From Octopus sinensis (lineage: Eukaryota), in the NCBI RefSeq assembly GCF_006345805.1, contig NC_042997.1, forward strand, positions 48,112,001 to 48,176,000: a DNA stretch of 64,000 nucleotides, read 5' to 3'. A program made the position numbers and the translations under genes. Of the stretch, positions 25,027 through 39,097 are shown in pieces (within the stretch, counting starts at the first letter, position 1; every line of letters starts with the position of its first letter). The notes under the pieces are model-generated. The model ran no database searches. It was not told the origin of the DNA and was given only the letters and a program-made list of their open reading frames with translations.

Positions 25027-26582
25027 TGAATGTCTTAAAATTCCATACTGAACACTGAATCTAGAGTTGTGCAGTTGAGTGCAATTTTAGAAAGAAAGGA
25101 GATTCTATATGCAACTTATTTCGTTTAATATCAATTAAACTGAAAATTAGAAATAAAATTCTGCTGTTTGTACAATCCTATTACATATTTTCTTCTCAAT
25201 ACATTCTTGTTACGCCTAAGAACTTGAGCATCACCCAGCTTCGTTAAATCATACATAAAGTAAAGGCAGATGGACGCTACTAAGAAAATATATTCTCCTT
25301 GATAAATAAGGAAACCAAATTTAATTTTCGTTGAAAGATTTTCTCATTATGCTCTTTAATGTCAGTGTAATCTCGTACCCCTTTTGATTAAAAATATTTG
25401 TAGGCATGTCTGTGTCTTATTTGGAAGTTGACTTTGTAACTATCTGATTTCGGTTTCTATTAGAAAAACAAAACAGAATGGAAAAACCGAAATGCCTTCT
25501 ACAACAACTTCGACTTGACAAAAGCCCTGTGAACGAAATTTAATTGACAGAAAATCCGTGCAAGACTGCCGGAGATGTATGCCATTTTCTTGGATGAAAG
25601 ACCTAATCCGTTGCTTAGTTTGATACAGAACCTAGCACTGGTGCAGAATGAACGGAGTTCAGTCTCTCTTGCAGTGTTTAGGTTTGTTCTTTGATATCCA
25701 TTTCACGAAAGTTCATTAAGGTAACCGTTTTTCTTTTTTGTTAATTTTTCATTTGTTAATTCCGTTTCAGCGAAAGATCTGCTCGTTTCTGATATTCATA
25801 CAACCGAGCTGCCGACCCGGCCGGTGCGATGCGCCGTCTAATACTAGAGGTTTGTGGAGAAACCAGTTAACGAAACAAGATCAAAATTCAATTATTTTAA
25901 ACTCAACGATGCACAGTCCTACCTCTTATAAGATCTCTTATAAAAATTCATCTTAAGATCTCTTATAAAAATTCATGTTATCTTCTTGGTATGTGGTTCA
26001 TTTTAAGTCATGCGTAGATGTCGAGAATTTATATCTATCCTAAGTTCTAGAAATTTACATACAGATAACGGCATAAAACAATTAATTTCCTTAACAATTC
26101 CAGTATCGAAGTATTTCTTATATCTACACATAATTTTAATTTCATTCCAAGCTGCTGTTTCACTGGTCATCGAACTGCAAAACATTAAACCATATCGCCA
26201 GAATTCAATATGTAATTATTCTGTCAATGTTTGAGGTGATACGTTATAACATAATCTAGTTTATATAATTTTCCTTCAGACATGTACTTAAAGATAGTCA
26301 TGTTGTAATAGGATGTAAAAGGAAAATCTTTTTCATTGCGTGTCACCTAAATTATGCTGCTGCTGATACAGATATTATAGTTCACCACCACTGGCAATTT
26401 ATACGTGCGATTTATATTGTTGTAGGATGTAGTTTAGTAGCAGATCTCATAAGCGAACCCAAACCGCAATAGTGAGGCGCCATACAAGAAGAGCACACGG
26501 TTGATACATACACATACGCACATATACATACATACATACATACATACATACATACATACATACATACATACATACATACATG

Positions 26583-26880
26583 TGTACAGTTGTGGAAATA
26601 GCTGCACAGCGAGTGTTAACATATAAAGATCAGCAAAAGAGAAAATACCTACGCTAAACTATTGAGGAATCTCTAGCTATTCTATCCAGATTACAGATTT
26701 TACAGATTTATACCTGTAACTATTGGGACACTGAGATATGTAACACGATGCCTAAATACCAATCATGAGAAACTAGGCTTCTGAAAACCAGAAAGGAAAA
26801 AGCTGATTCGAAAACTATAGATTCTATCCATCCGTGGAACTGTAAAAATATCTAAAACTTAGGAGAGGTCTATCATTTAA
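26583..26880 (+). pseudogene. 3' end of a restriction-like-endonuclease (R4/NeSL-type) LINE
   Basis: Frame-broken translation CTVVEI...KRENTYAKLLRNL*LFYPDYRFYRFIPVTIGTLRYVTRCLNTNHEKLGF...KLIRKL*ILSIRGTVKISKT; resembles the RLE D/E..P motif and IPxxIGxLG block; bounded by (TACA)n and (TA)n. Confidence 0.6.
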
Positions 26881-26947
<67 letters not shown>

Positions 26948-26952
26948 GTTTA

Positions 26953-27110
26953 CGAAAAAAACAAAAGACGAAGACAGGTGGTGTACAAAACAAACAGATG
27001 TATTAGTATAACGCTCAGGAATAGAAAAAGTCTTTTACGCTTCGAGCCTACGCTCTTCTACAAAAAAGCACACAGAAAAAACAGGAGAGAAACAAGGTGA
27101 GAAAAATATA
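26953..27110 (-). mobile_element. PLE-type terminus with degenerate HHR-like motif (27030-27068)
   Basis: Minus: ttTTGTAGAA GAGC gtag GCTC GAAG CG TA aaagac; homologous to 42266-42470 and 58231-58700. Confidence 0.55.
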
Positions 27111-28189
27111 TATATATGTAGATGAACATGTTTATACATGCAACTGTATGCATGAGACTACATACATAAAACAAAACGAACAAATCTGCACATATATATA
27201 CATACATACATACATACATACATACATACATACATACATACATACATAGTCTATCGCATCAGAGAAAGACGATTGTTGTGCAACTTCTTGCTGAACAACC
27301 TGCATATAATTAGCTCAGTGTCTCCATCAAATGAACATTAGCCGTACGGGTGCATGGTGCAGCATACACCAGATGTCGAAGTGATCGGAGAGTTGTTTTT
27401 CTCAGAACAGACGCACCACACGGCGGTACAATATTCTAAATTAATTGATAGAAACTTTAATAGAAAGTTTAGTGTGACAGATTCTATTCAAATTCAATTT
27501 GATACTATTTACACGTCAGATGTTGAAATGATCAGAAACCACTTGGTATCTCTGACTACAAAAATTTGCCACCAAATTTCCTTAGATTTAACAACTACCA
27601 TCATAAAATAAAACAACAAAACATTAGATAGAGCAGTTTTTAAAATATAGCAGTATGTTTTATTGACTAAAGCATAGAGCCAATTAAGAACACGCAATAT
27701 GTTTTCTAGTCAAGGATGACTAGTGAATGAGCAAAGCTTTGTAATCTATGAAAGTCTGTTTCGATTTCTACTAGGTGAGATCTCATTTTTTTCTACCAAG
27801 GCCACCAACATCTATGACAACTTGTACTGTGTGAGAATGGATCTATATCATTGACTGTGAGCAGAATTAAATGCAGAAATTTTCCCTGTAACCCGTGGAA
27901 AGTGATTCGATTTTTTTACAAATGTTGTATCATTTTCTCTTCACTTACGTCATGTAATATAACCTTTTACCCCACTCCTAATTACGTGCGGTGCTGAACG
28001 GAACAGAAAACTCCTTTTACAAAAATTATATTATAAATAACATGAAAATACAGAAATACTCAAGTATCAGAATTTTAGGTCGAACAGGATCGGATCTAAT
28101 TTCAGCGAGGAGTGATAACCCAAAGTAATGACAATATTGAAACTCATCTTGTGACAACGATGTTATCCCGACGTCGTTGGACATCAAAT

Positions 28190-28191
28190 TT

Positions 28192-28236
<45 letters not shown>

Positions 28237-28254
28237 AACTACTGCTGCTGCCGC

Positions 28255-28295
<41 letters not shown>

Positions 28296-28329
28296 CTACT
28301 ACTAGTATTATTATTATTATTATTATTAT

Positions 28330-28376
<47 letters not shown>

Positions 28377-28575
28377 ACTAGCAAATGATACTCAAATAAC
28401 AAGTTTAGGGAAGCAACGATAAAGCAAATGGCATCAACTACAACGTCAATAATGTAAAGGTGATGGTGATGTAAACAATGGTGTTGAAACTAATAAGAGT
28501 AATGATACTGATGATGTTGTTGATGATGATGATGATGATGATCATCATCATCATCATTATCATCGTCATCATCAA
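28190..28575. repeat. Compound trinucleotide microsatellites (ACT, GCT, GAT, ATT, AGT)
   Basis: Direct reading. Confidence 0.95.
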
Positions 28576-31500
28576 TGGAGCTGGCAGGCAAGATTTATCT
28601 TAAATCCTTATTAATATGATGGAGAAAAACTATTCATCATTATTAAAAATATATGAAGAAAAAACTAAATATAGAAGAAGAAGAAAAGAATAAATACAAA
28701 TATAAATTCTTCTCAGTGTGAAAAAAAAAAAGAAAATTCTTCATCTTCATTGATTTATGAGATTCTGTAGAATATTAAGTAGACGATATGTATGTTTTAT
28801 TTATTGATTGGTTCTTTTGCATTTCTTCGAATTCATCTGGTTGTTATTAAATCATAATGGAATGGTAACAGTTTTTGGAAATAACATCCACTGAATGAGC
28901 TTCTGGAAAGTTCTGCTCATTTTTCATAAATATGGGTTACTGATCTTATCTTATTCAGGATCAACATTAGATGTTTGCTTTCTTTTGTTTCTACATCTAT
29001 CTAATTCTTACTTTTTTTATGTGTATATTTTCATCTGTTTTATTTAGTTTTCAATTTTACAATTTGTTTAATTTTATACTTTCCAGTCAGTCATTTTGAT
29101 GTTGTAAATTTATAACTAACTGTATTCATGTATAAATATTATATATGAAGCTCCGAGCTGAATTTAATTCTCGATTGATAAGCAGCTCCAAAAGTAATTT
29201 ATGTGGTTACTAGGAGAAAGCGACGTCTGGTGTTGAACGGATTAAAATATTCACTGAATAATAATTGTCTTAAACAATAATACTCGTGAATCTTACAGAT
29301 CAAAACAGTTGTAAAAACACAGGTTACAATCTTTGCTTCTTTTGCCTATGCTTATCTCTGTAGTGATCTTTATGCTGTGTTGGTATGCAAGCTTATAATC
29401 AGATCGAAATCACAGATAGTTATTTAATATTTCGTGGCTATATCATGTTTCTTCGTGATTTCTAAATCGTGAGTCGTTTTAATATTATTTCATAAACCAT
29501 ATAAAAAAAAAAGGGGGCAGCCCATAATAGGCGAAGAAGCTGGTAATACATTGCTTGTTCTATGCTGCAATCACAAAAGCAAAACAAAAAAAATAAGATG
29601 TTTTCTTTCTTCGACCCACGCAAATCAACACCGACGAAAGAAGAAGAGGTAAATCCAGAATAGAGATGTTCTAGAGGAGTGCATAGCTGTTTGTGTAGGA
29701 CCTGGGACCTGGATACAACAATATAATGAAAGAAAGAGAGAAGGATGGGCTGCGAATGCTGAGTAGAGTATGTCATTGCCACCATGCTCGTACGGGTAGA
29801 GACATTTACTGTAGCGGGAGGAAAGAAAAGGGCCAAACAATAGCACATGAGCTGTCTGTAGGCGGGTCTGAGATAGATTTTATGTTATTCATTCGGTTGT
29901 CTGAGATGAATGCGCATGCAAATTGTGAAGCGGCAGTAGTATCCTAAATGTAGAAGCAACATTCTTCACTTCCAGCATTCCATTCAGTTTACATTTATTT
30001 CAGTTTGTCGTTTGAAGTTAGGTGAACTACATCTTTGTAAATATGTCCATAATGGTTACAGCCGAACCCACCCACCAACTCTCATTTCAGGCACTGTTTT
30101 ATCTATCATATATTGAATATTTCCCTACTGAGTCACAACTTTTACCTTATTCTTTCTGAACATAAAGGAATTAATCATTCGTTGAAGAATGTCACACAAA
30201 AGTACAATGAGCAAATATTTTTAATTACCTCCCTTGCCTCCTGCAATTTACATACCCGAAAATGCTGCAGCATGTTTACTCGATTTACTACAAATAACAG
30301 TAAAATCGCCCTCGAATTATATATACTACTATCACGAAAAGTCACATTAGATGTGAAAAAGAAAAAAACAAAAGAACAAAAAAATCCCAAAATATCAAGA
30401 CAGATTAGTACTGATTGGATTAACTATGATGAAAAGTATAATCTTAAATGATTGACGGTGAGTAAAACAAAAACGAAAAGTTTTTAAACGGAGGCTCAAA
30501 ATGCCTGTTTGCCTTTATAAGTAATGAACAAAGGATACTCCAGTATATGGGAAATTGCATTTCACACAAACAGGAATCAGGCTTACTCTGTGGAAACGGC
30601 ATCTACTCTGCAAAGCTTTCAACATAAAATTCAAATATTAGTTTATTGAGCATTACATTTTTTTCTAGAGCTGTACGCTAACAAGCAGAAGCGGTCGGAA
30701 GTCGAAAAATATATTGCAATTATATTACATCTTCTTACGTTCTAACTTTAAATATCTCGGAGATCTACTTTTTCATTCCCATGGGACCAAATAAGTGTTG
30801 TCAATTGCTGGGGTCTGGGGCTTCATTTAATCGGTTATCCATCTACTCAACGAAATATATCGCCTTGTAATTATCTTAGAATTGCTGAGTACGCAAGCTG
30901 ATTTTTAAGTTAGAGTCGTAGTTATTTTGTTTGTGCTAATAACGACCTTGAGAAAGGCGTAAAAATTATACAATCTTATTTACTGCTACTATGGATTTGT
31001 AAACTTGTGCCTATGGAAGAAATCAATATTTGGTTTCTCCGTGTGAATCTGAACCGAACCTTTTAAATCAGTGAATATGGAGCGGAAGTTCTGGGAAAAT
31101 GTAACCTGAACTCGTTCAAACGAAGCAAGTAGTTTGTAACGGCATGCATTTGTTATAGTCTACTTTCATTTTGATTGCGTTTTTATTTGAATAATTGTCT
31201 GGATAATTAAATACAAATATGAATAATTCATCATAGCTAGTGTGATACATTTTAATAACTGTCTTTAACCAAAATACTAAACTATACCTAGACTTTGTTG
31301 TTTTCTTGTACTATCATAAAAAGTACGAGTTTAACGTAAAATTTACGTTATTTTCTCTCCTGAATACACAAAAAACTAATGAATTCACAGTAATGCAGGA
31401 GCCTTAAACTAGCGTAAAGGTTTTTGTAAACATTAAACACTGCACCAACAGTTCATGTGTGATCACAAATCATGATGTTCCATTTCGGGAGAGTATAGTA

Positions 31501-31970
31501 TATTTTCTAGGACATTATCAGTCGTGTTATCAACTGTACATAAATATTCGAATAGTGGATTCAACATATTCATGAGCTTAACAAACAAGCATATAATCAT
31601 ATTCAGAAAAATTTCAATTTCCCGATGAAGCATAAATGCCTGAACACAAATTAGGAAAACTGTAACTGAAATATTATTGACATACTTGAACATTTCTAAA
31701 TATTATATTTACTTGATAAATAATGTACTCAAAATCCATTACAAAATTATATTAATTGTATCTTTGTTATTTGAACTTGACAGAAATTTAATTAAAATCA
31801 GATAAAGAACAGCATAATGTGTAAATTCTAACAGACTCGAAGTTTGCGTAGAAATATTGCTTTGTGAAATTCGTAAAACTGAAATACAATAATGTACATA
31901 ATAGAAAGTGAAATCGAAGGTTTACACAACACACACATATATATAAATCCACCCTTGCAACTATATATAA

Positions 31971-32354
<384 letters not shown>

Positions 32355-32821
32355 ATCGATACACATAATCGAACCGGTACCGATATGCACTTCTAGTTCG
32401 AAATGCCCTGATGAAATCCGTGACAGACTGTAGCATCATAATGCACTAAAAAATGCGGAAGATGCACCTCGATAACGGCGGAAGCGTTACGTAGGCGAAA
32501 AGAGAACATAAACGACTGCATAACAAAAATTAGATATTCTCGATTCTCTGTTTTCCATAAACTGATGAAGTGGGCGCATTTGGTTCTGACGCTGCTGCAG
32601 TAATTGGGAACAATGTGTAATCTGATATGTGAAGGCATTGTTTTACACCAGATCTGACATCTGTTTATACTCTAAGGAATAAATACACATACACAAACAA
32701 ATAAATGCAAAATAGAACGTAGGGAAAACTTCTCCAGATCATTCAGATAATTTCCAATGATACAATACATGTATTCTATGGGTTCTGCAACTTTATACGA
32801 GCGATAAATAAAGGTGAATAG

Positions 32822-33273
32822 TCATAACATGCCGGCAGGAAAATAACATCACTATGTGAGACAAGCTGACACTGAATTAGCCTCGCTGATTGACAGATGA
32901 CGGTCTCGTTCAGAGAATGCGTGAGCTAAGACTATGCGCCTTCATTGGTCTGTTAAAGTTGAGACAGTGTCACGTGACAACTTACTGGAGCTATGTAGCA
33001 TCAGGTACTTAAAGGGAAATTTGACAGGACAGTCAGTCACCCGCTGACACTCGCTGACGCTGCATGGAAGAGGCCAGGAAACAGAAGAAAGAAGACATGC
33101 ATTCAACACCAGATCTGAAGACACCTCCGAAAGCGGGGGGGGGGGCACGTCAAAACGGTAGAGGTGTAGGGGCCGAAATCGGGCTTGGTTCCTCCTGATG
33201 ATGTCTTGAGCTAACTGGATCCTATAAAGGAGCTGTTGTGGTAGCAGACCACGAAACACGGTTGGAATTCCTC
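32822..33273 (+). mobile_element. Probable RTE-type LINE 3' remnant between 54-bp direct repeats
   Basis: Fragments MRLHWSVKVETVSRDNLLELCSI and AAWKRPGNRRKKT resemble the RTE C-terminus; direct repeats at 32768-32821 and 33274-33327. Confidence 0.45.
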
Positions 33274-33448
33274 CATGTATTCTATGGGTTCTGCAACTTT
33301 ATACGAACGATAAATAATGTTGAATAGGATACTAAATTCGATGTAAGTTTCTACATTGTGATAATCAAGTCAGTATAAAATATTTTTGACCGTATATTTG
33401 GGCTCAGGTTAACCAGCAACAAAATGGGGAGAAGCATTATTTTCATAT

Positions 33449-33824
33449 TCTTTTAACTGCTGCCATGCTGGAGCACCACCTTTAGTCGAACAAATCGACC
33501 CCAGGACTTATTCTTTGTAAGCCTAGTACTTATTCTATCGGTCTATTTAGCCGAACGCTAACTTACAGGAACGCAAACAGACCAATATTGGTCGTCAAGT
33601 GATAGCGAGGGGGGGGGGACAAACACAGAGACAAACATAAATATATACTTATATAAATGCGACACGCTTCTTATAGTTTCTGTCAACCAAATCCACTCAC
33701 AAGGCTTTGGTCGGTCTGAGGCAATAGTATAAGACACGTGGCAAAGGTGTCACGCAGTGGGACTGAACCCGGAACCATGTGGTTAGGAAGCAAGCTTCTT
33801 ACCACACAGCCACACCTGTACCTA
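33449..33824 (-). mobile_element. SINE family A
   Basis: Head and body alignable to 3452-3851; tail stem-loop partly deleted. Confidence 0.85.
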
Positions 33825-35180
33825 TTGCTCACAAGATTAAATTTCTTAACGCACATATATGCCAACACATATAACTATAAAACCGAGTAAAGCTAATGTG
33901 GAAATGTAAAGCACAGGAGATTAAAACAGGATGAAAACCCTCAAATTTGTTAAGGGCATTTAGCAAGGACTTTAAAAATAAATTCACCCGTGAAAGTCAT
34001 TCATTCAAAGTTAGTTGTTAACTATTACCCATGAAACGGGTATTCTCCTTCAGGAAAGTAAATAAGCATTGGTGGTCTGTCGTAAAAAAAGTTGATGGCT
34101 ACAAATTCTGGGATTAAGGCAATATACATACATTAGCCTTCAGAAGATGTATATTTAGTCTCATGAGCTACAAATTCTATGAAGCAATTCCGATTTTCTG
34201 TAGCCAGTAGGCTTTCTACAGCAGCAGTGCGTCCATTGTTCACGGCATCAAACATAAGACGCAGAAAAGAAAAGTGAATACAGCGTGTAAGGACTGATTT
34301 CACAGGAGTCTAAATTTTAGCAGAGAGTTACCCCTTCCCCCACATACATATATTCTTGCAGGTATACAAGCAAACAAACTCAAATAATTTCACATGAGTT
34401 CTATAGTTACTGCTGTTTATTCAATGATCATTCCAGGCCGAGGGATGATCTTTGAGCAAAAGAATTCAAGACATGATCACTCAGTTTTTTTTCTTTCTTT
34501 CAGACAAAGTGTAGATTAAGCAACATGGATTTGTCTTCTAAAAGGGTAGACTGAAATTTGAAGCGGACCTCATGTTAGTTCTAGATGTTTCAGCTCCCAC
34601 ATCAACCGTCTCACGTTTGCTCGTTAATACCATCTGTGTTGTTAGCGCAGTAAAAAAAGAGATGAATATCAAAACCACCCCATTAGTTTTGTCTTAAGAT
34701 ATCGGGACTCGTACTAATAGAAGAGAAAGAAATTTAAAGAGATAACATTTCAAACTATGTATCCATATATCTAGGTTAACTACTGTCTTAAGAATCCATC
34801 TTATTTACATCTTATATATTTCAACGATAAAAAATGGAACGCAAGACAAAAAATACTCTTTATGTGAATTTAAAATATGATAAAGAAAATGGTAGAGAAA
34901 TTTCTATGTAATCTCAAAGCCAAAGATATAGGATGAAACCAATATAGAATCAAATCTTATAATGCGAAATATTAATCATATCTATAAAAGTATTTCAATC
35001 TAGAAACAAAAAATATTTCATGGAAATTATCATTTTCCATAAATAAATAATTATGTTTATTGCTGAAAAGATATTTTTTTAAAAGTGCATAAAATGTTGA
35101 GATAAAACGAAAAAATTAGTTTTGAAAAATTTAATAAAATTGCACTGATAAAAATTAGAAATATACACACACGCACACAC

Positions 35181-35239
<59 letters not shown>

Positions 35240-35334
35240 ATATATATACATATATATATACATGTGTGTACGTATGTCTGTGTGTATGTGTATATATGTA
35301 TATATCTATATCTATATATATACATGTATATATA

Positions 35335-35366
<32 letters not shown>

Positions 35367-35440
35367 TTACAGTTTTGCTTATCTATTCATATATACACAC
35401 AGGTACATACAATCAAATATATATATATATATATATATAT

Positions 35441-35819
35441 CCAGAGTCATATCCCAATGATTACATTCGTCGCAAAAAATCATATAAAAAAATCGCCGAA
35501 AACAATCGCAATATTAGGAATCCAAAATTTCAAGATTGCAGATTCAGTCCGGAATGTTTTTAATTTACTCACGGCGTTAGCCTTTAGATTACAAAAATTA
35601 TAAAAATTGTTATCGTACAAAAAATTGGTCGCAAAAGTCACGTAAAAAAATCGCCGTCAACAATCACGGTAATGAAAACTTGGGAGTCCAAAATTTCAGA
35701 TTTGTGAGTCCGGAGTCAGCCTGATTCCAAAATGATATATGTTGGGCTACGGCCTCTAGGAGTAAAGTTGAAAAAGTGTGACACAGTGACACACTGGCAT
35801 TCACATTTATTATATTAGA
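35441..35819 (-). mobile_element. Helitron-like non-autonomous fragment (5' end)
   Basis: Minus 5' end A|TCTAATATAATAAATGTG; internal diverged duplication with a period of about 160 bp (35467-35540 vs 35626-35705); no CTAG 3' end seen. A similar GTGTGACAC..TGACAC end occurs at about 36297-36350. Confidence 0.45.
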
Positions 35820-35909
35820 TATGTTTAATTTTAGGGAAACTTTATTTAATTTCAATCGTATTTTATAGATGTGTGTGTGAGATCTATTTATCTCTCACTC
35901 TCCCTCTCT

Positions 35910-35975
<66 letters not shown>

Positions 35976-36383
35976 GAAAACAAAAAAATGATAGTGTTCA
36001 GTATGTTGGCCACAGGAATTTCACTCAAAGAGACATAGTTAAACTAAGTTGTACATCATCTCCTTTCTCTTACATATCCACTCTTTCTCTCTCTTTTGTT
36101 ATTACGGCCGTCATCAACACTACTACTACTTTTAATAAAACACCATCAACTTTCCCTAAATTCCTTTGTTTCTCTCTTCTCTCTCTCTCTCTCTCTCTGT
36201 CTTCGCCATCGCCCCCACCGTCTCTATGCCTACTATTCCTCTTACTCCATCATGAGGAATAGTAGGAGTGTCATTGAATAGTGAGGGAGGGGTCTAAGTG
36301 TGACACACTGACACACAGAAAGTCGTTTTCGCTTTTATTATATTATATTATATTATATTATATTACATTACGTCATATTATAT

Positions 36384-36464
<81 letters not shown>

Positions 36465-36966
36465 GTCGCAGCTAAACTATTAGTTAATAAGGTCATGATG
36501 TGTACTTTAGATATGCATAATATAATGGACGTAATAGATGTTACATTTGATGCACGGAACTAGGCCTGAATACTCGCATTCCACTTCATTGTCATCTGAT
36601 ATCTTAGTAACAGAGAATTACTTGCTAGTGATATTTTGCATTACATGCACTAAAGAGCCCCTCATATTCATTTATTCTCATGCTTGTGTTCATGAGCGAA
36701 ATACAGATAAATATATTAATATTTAGCCAAAAATACAAACCAAGACATAAAAAAACTATCATACCTTAACGAATATACATTCACAAACAATTAAGGCTCT
36801 TTACTCGAAATTTCTATGTATAACATTTACATGCGAATTGTACATTCGTTAGCAAATATTTTCTCCTTAATTTTTGGACAGTCCTTCTGTGCACAAACAT
36901 ACGCAGAGTGGTACGCATATATATGTATATATACACACACACACACACACACCACACACACACACA

Positions 36967-37044
<78 letters not shown>

Positions 37045-37984
37045 TTACAATTTTGATTACTATAATATTCAGTTCTTTCTATGACAATATATTTATCTGC
37101 AAAACTGTAACAATATTCTTTTGATACTGCTTTCGACTAAATTTTATAATTTTCTGTGCTATTTGTCCAAAACTACAGGTTTTCCTCCGTTAGATCTTAA
37201 TCTTATGAAGCATTATAAGCAGCAATATTTGTATTTATGCGATTTCATGCATTTTCTAATCATTTTCTGTCAGTCTCACCCAAGTGGTCATCAATTTATA
37301 CTGTTAAATCGTGGATGATTAAATTTTTAAGCAACGTCTTTAGAATATCCAGGATGGTTTTAGAATTTATAATTTTACCTGGGGATTTAATCGAATGCCA
37401 TACTTCGCTTTACAGAAATCCTCACCCAACTATATTAAAAGATAAGGATTACTTGACTCTTGTAAATGTATAATTGACATTGTACCTTGAACTCGGTCGT
37501 TGACCAATAGAAAGAGCGTTAGATATACATCTTTCTAAAACAGTTTCACTATTAATATTACCTTAAGAAAATACACTTTAGTTCAAATTATACATCCTTA
37601 CAAAACTGAAAACGAATTTGAAGCCCTTTTTTTGGTAACCGAGTAAAGGGTGGATGTCTTGCAACTATGCTGAAGTCTTATTATAATTGATATCTTAATT
37701 TTAATTTTTTTATTTTTTAGGAATATATTTCAATGTTGCTGGAAGCTATGTTTATATGATTCTATAGCACCTGAATGACGATGCAAAACAAATATGAATC
37801 ATATAACACGTTTGAAGAGCTATAACCAGAGATCTGTTTGCTCAGTAAATTAATTTGTATTTATTTGTCGTTCGGAATTGATTTGCATTTATTTGTCTTT
37901 CGGAACTGAGACAAAGCTTTCTGGAGAGAAACAACACAAGTTAATTAAATTAATACTTCCATGAGAGTGGGGCGACTTTTGCTT

Positions 37985-38170
37985 CACATTTTAGCTCAAG
38001 TCCAGCAATTTTAGGAAAAGGTAAGACGATTATATCGACTCCATTGTTAAATCTGGTACTTAATTCAGCGATCCCGAAAGAAAGAAATACAAACTCGACC
38101 TCCTGGGAACTTTCAACTCGGAACATAACGAGCCGAAGGTAATAACGTTAAGTTTTTTTTTCTCCGGTAT
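37985..38170 (-). mobile_element. SINE family B, diverged
   Basis: Reverse complement of the body (TGGTACTTAATT...CCCGAAAG...AACTCGACCTC on +). Confidence 0.65.
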
Positions 38171-38439
38171 GCTAAAGAATCTGTTAATTCGACGCCTTTC
38201 TATGAATTTTAATCCGAATTACAAATTCTGTTCAATGCCAGAACCTACTCGGTAAATGGGAAAAGTATGGCTCATATCTTTCCACTAATCCAAAACCAAA
38301 TCAAATATTTTCTACTAATTACTTCTCCCTTTCATTTAAATTATTTTTCTTCCAAAATTAAACACACACACACACAAATATATTTATCATGAAACATATG
38401 TACCAATATATATATAAGCGTAAACACACATATATATCA

Positions 38440-38625
38440 TTCGGGGCAAAATCCTTAACGGATTTTCGTCCGTTTTTATATTCTGGGTTCCATCCCCGCT
38501 GAGAACGATTTTGCCTCTCATTCTTTCGGGTCAATAAAGTAAGTACCAGTTAAGTACAGGAGTCGATGTAATCAACTTATCCGTCCACTCAAAATTACTG
38601 GCACTGTGCCAAATATTGAAACCAT
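38440..38625 (+). mobile_element. SINE family B, diverged
   Basis: TTTGCCTCTCATTCTTTCGGGTCAATAAAGTAAGTACCAGTT body; TTGAAACCAT tail. Confidence 0.7.
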
Positions 38626-38840
38626 AAGTTCCAGGGATCAAGATGTAGGAAGAAAGTTAGCCTCAAGCAATCCGTAGTAAATAAATATATTAAAAAATAA
38701 AAATTTCAGGGACGATAGTGGTTTATTGAGACTGAAGGATGTGGACATTTTTTCGTGTCGAAAGACGATAAACTGCAAAAAAGTTCTTTTTATATTCCAC
38801 GGAAGTCGACCAGAGTTTCCGGGTGTGCGAATAAGAATAT

Positions 38841-39052
38841 AAGAGTTACGGAATGGAGTAGTAAAGATCCGGGCAACATATACTTCATAGTGAGCGGAAC
38901 CTCAGTAATGGTCAAATCCAAGTGAGGTGTATACTGCCAGCTACTCTTCAGGTCAAGGATATCTTGATTAGATTACAGGTTACACTTCTGAGGTTGCGCT
39001 TGCTATGAAACATATGCAACCCGGATCATTCCGACTCCACTCCGTAACTCTT
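38841..39052. repeat. 65-bp diverged inverted repeat element
   Basis: Arms 38841-38905 and 38988-39052; a related copy lies at about 43085-43265. Confidence 0.65.
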
Positions 39053-39097
39053 GTATGTATGTATGTATGTATGTATGTATGTATGTATGTATGTATA

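Noticed and set aside
32405-32450. CCCTGATGAAATCC...GTAGCAT hammerhead lookalike
   Set aside because: No GAAA, and stem I needs a bulge.
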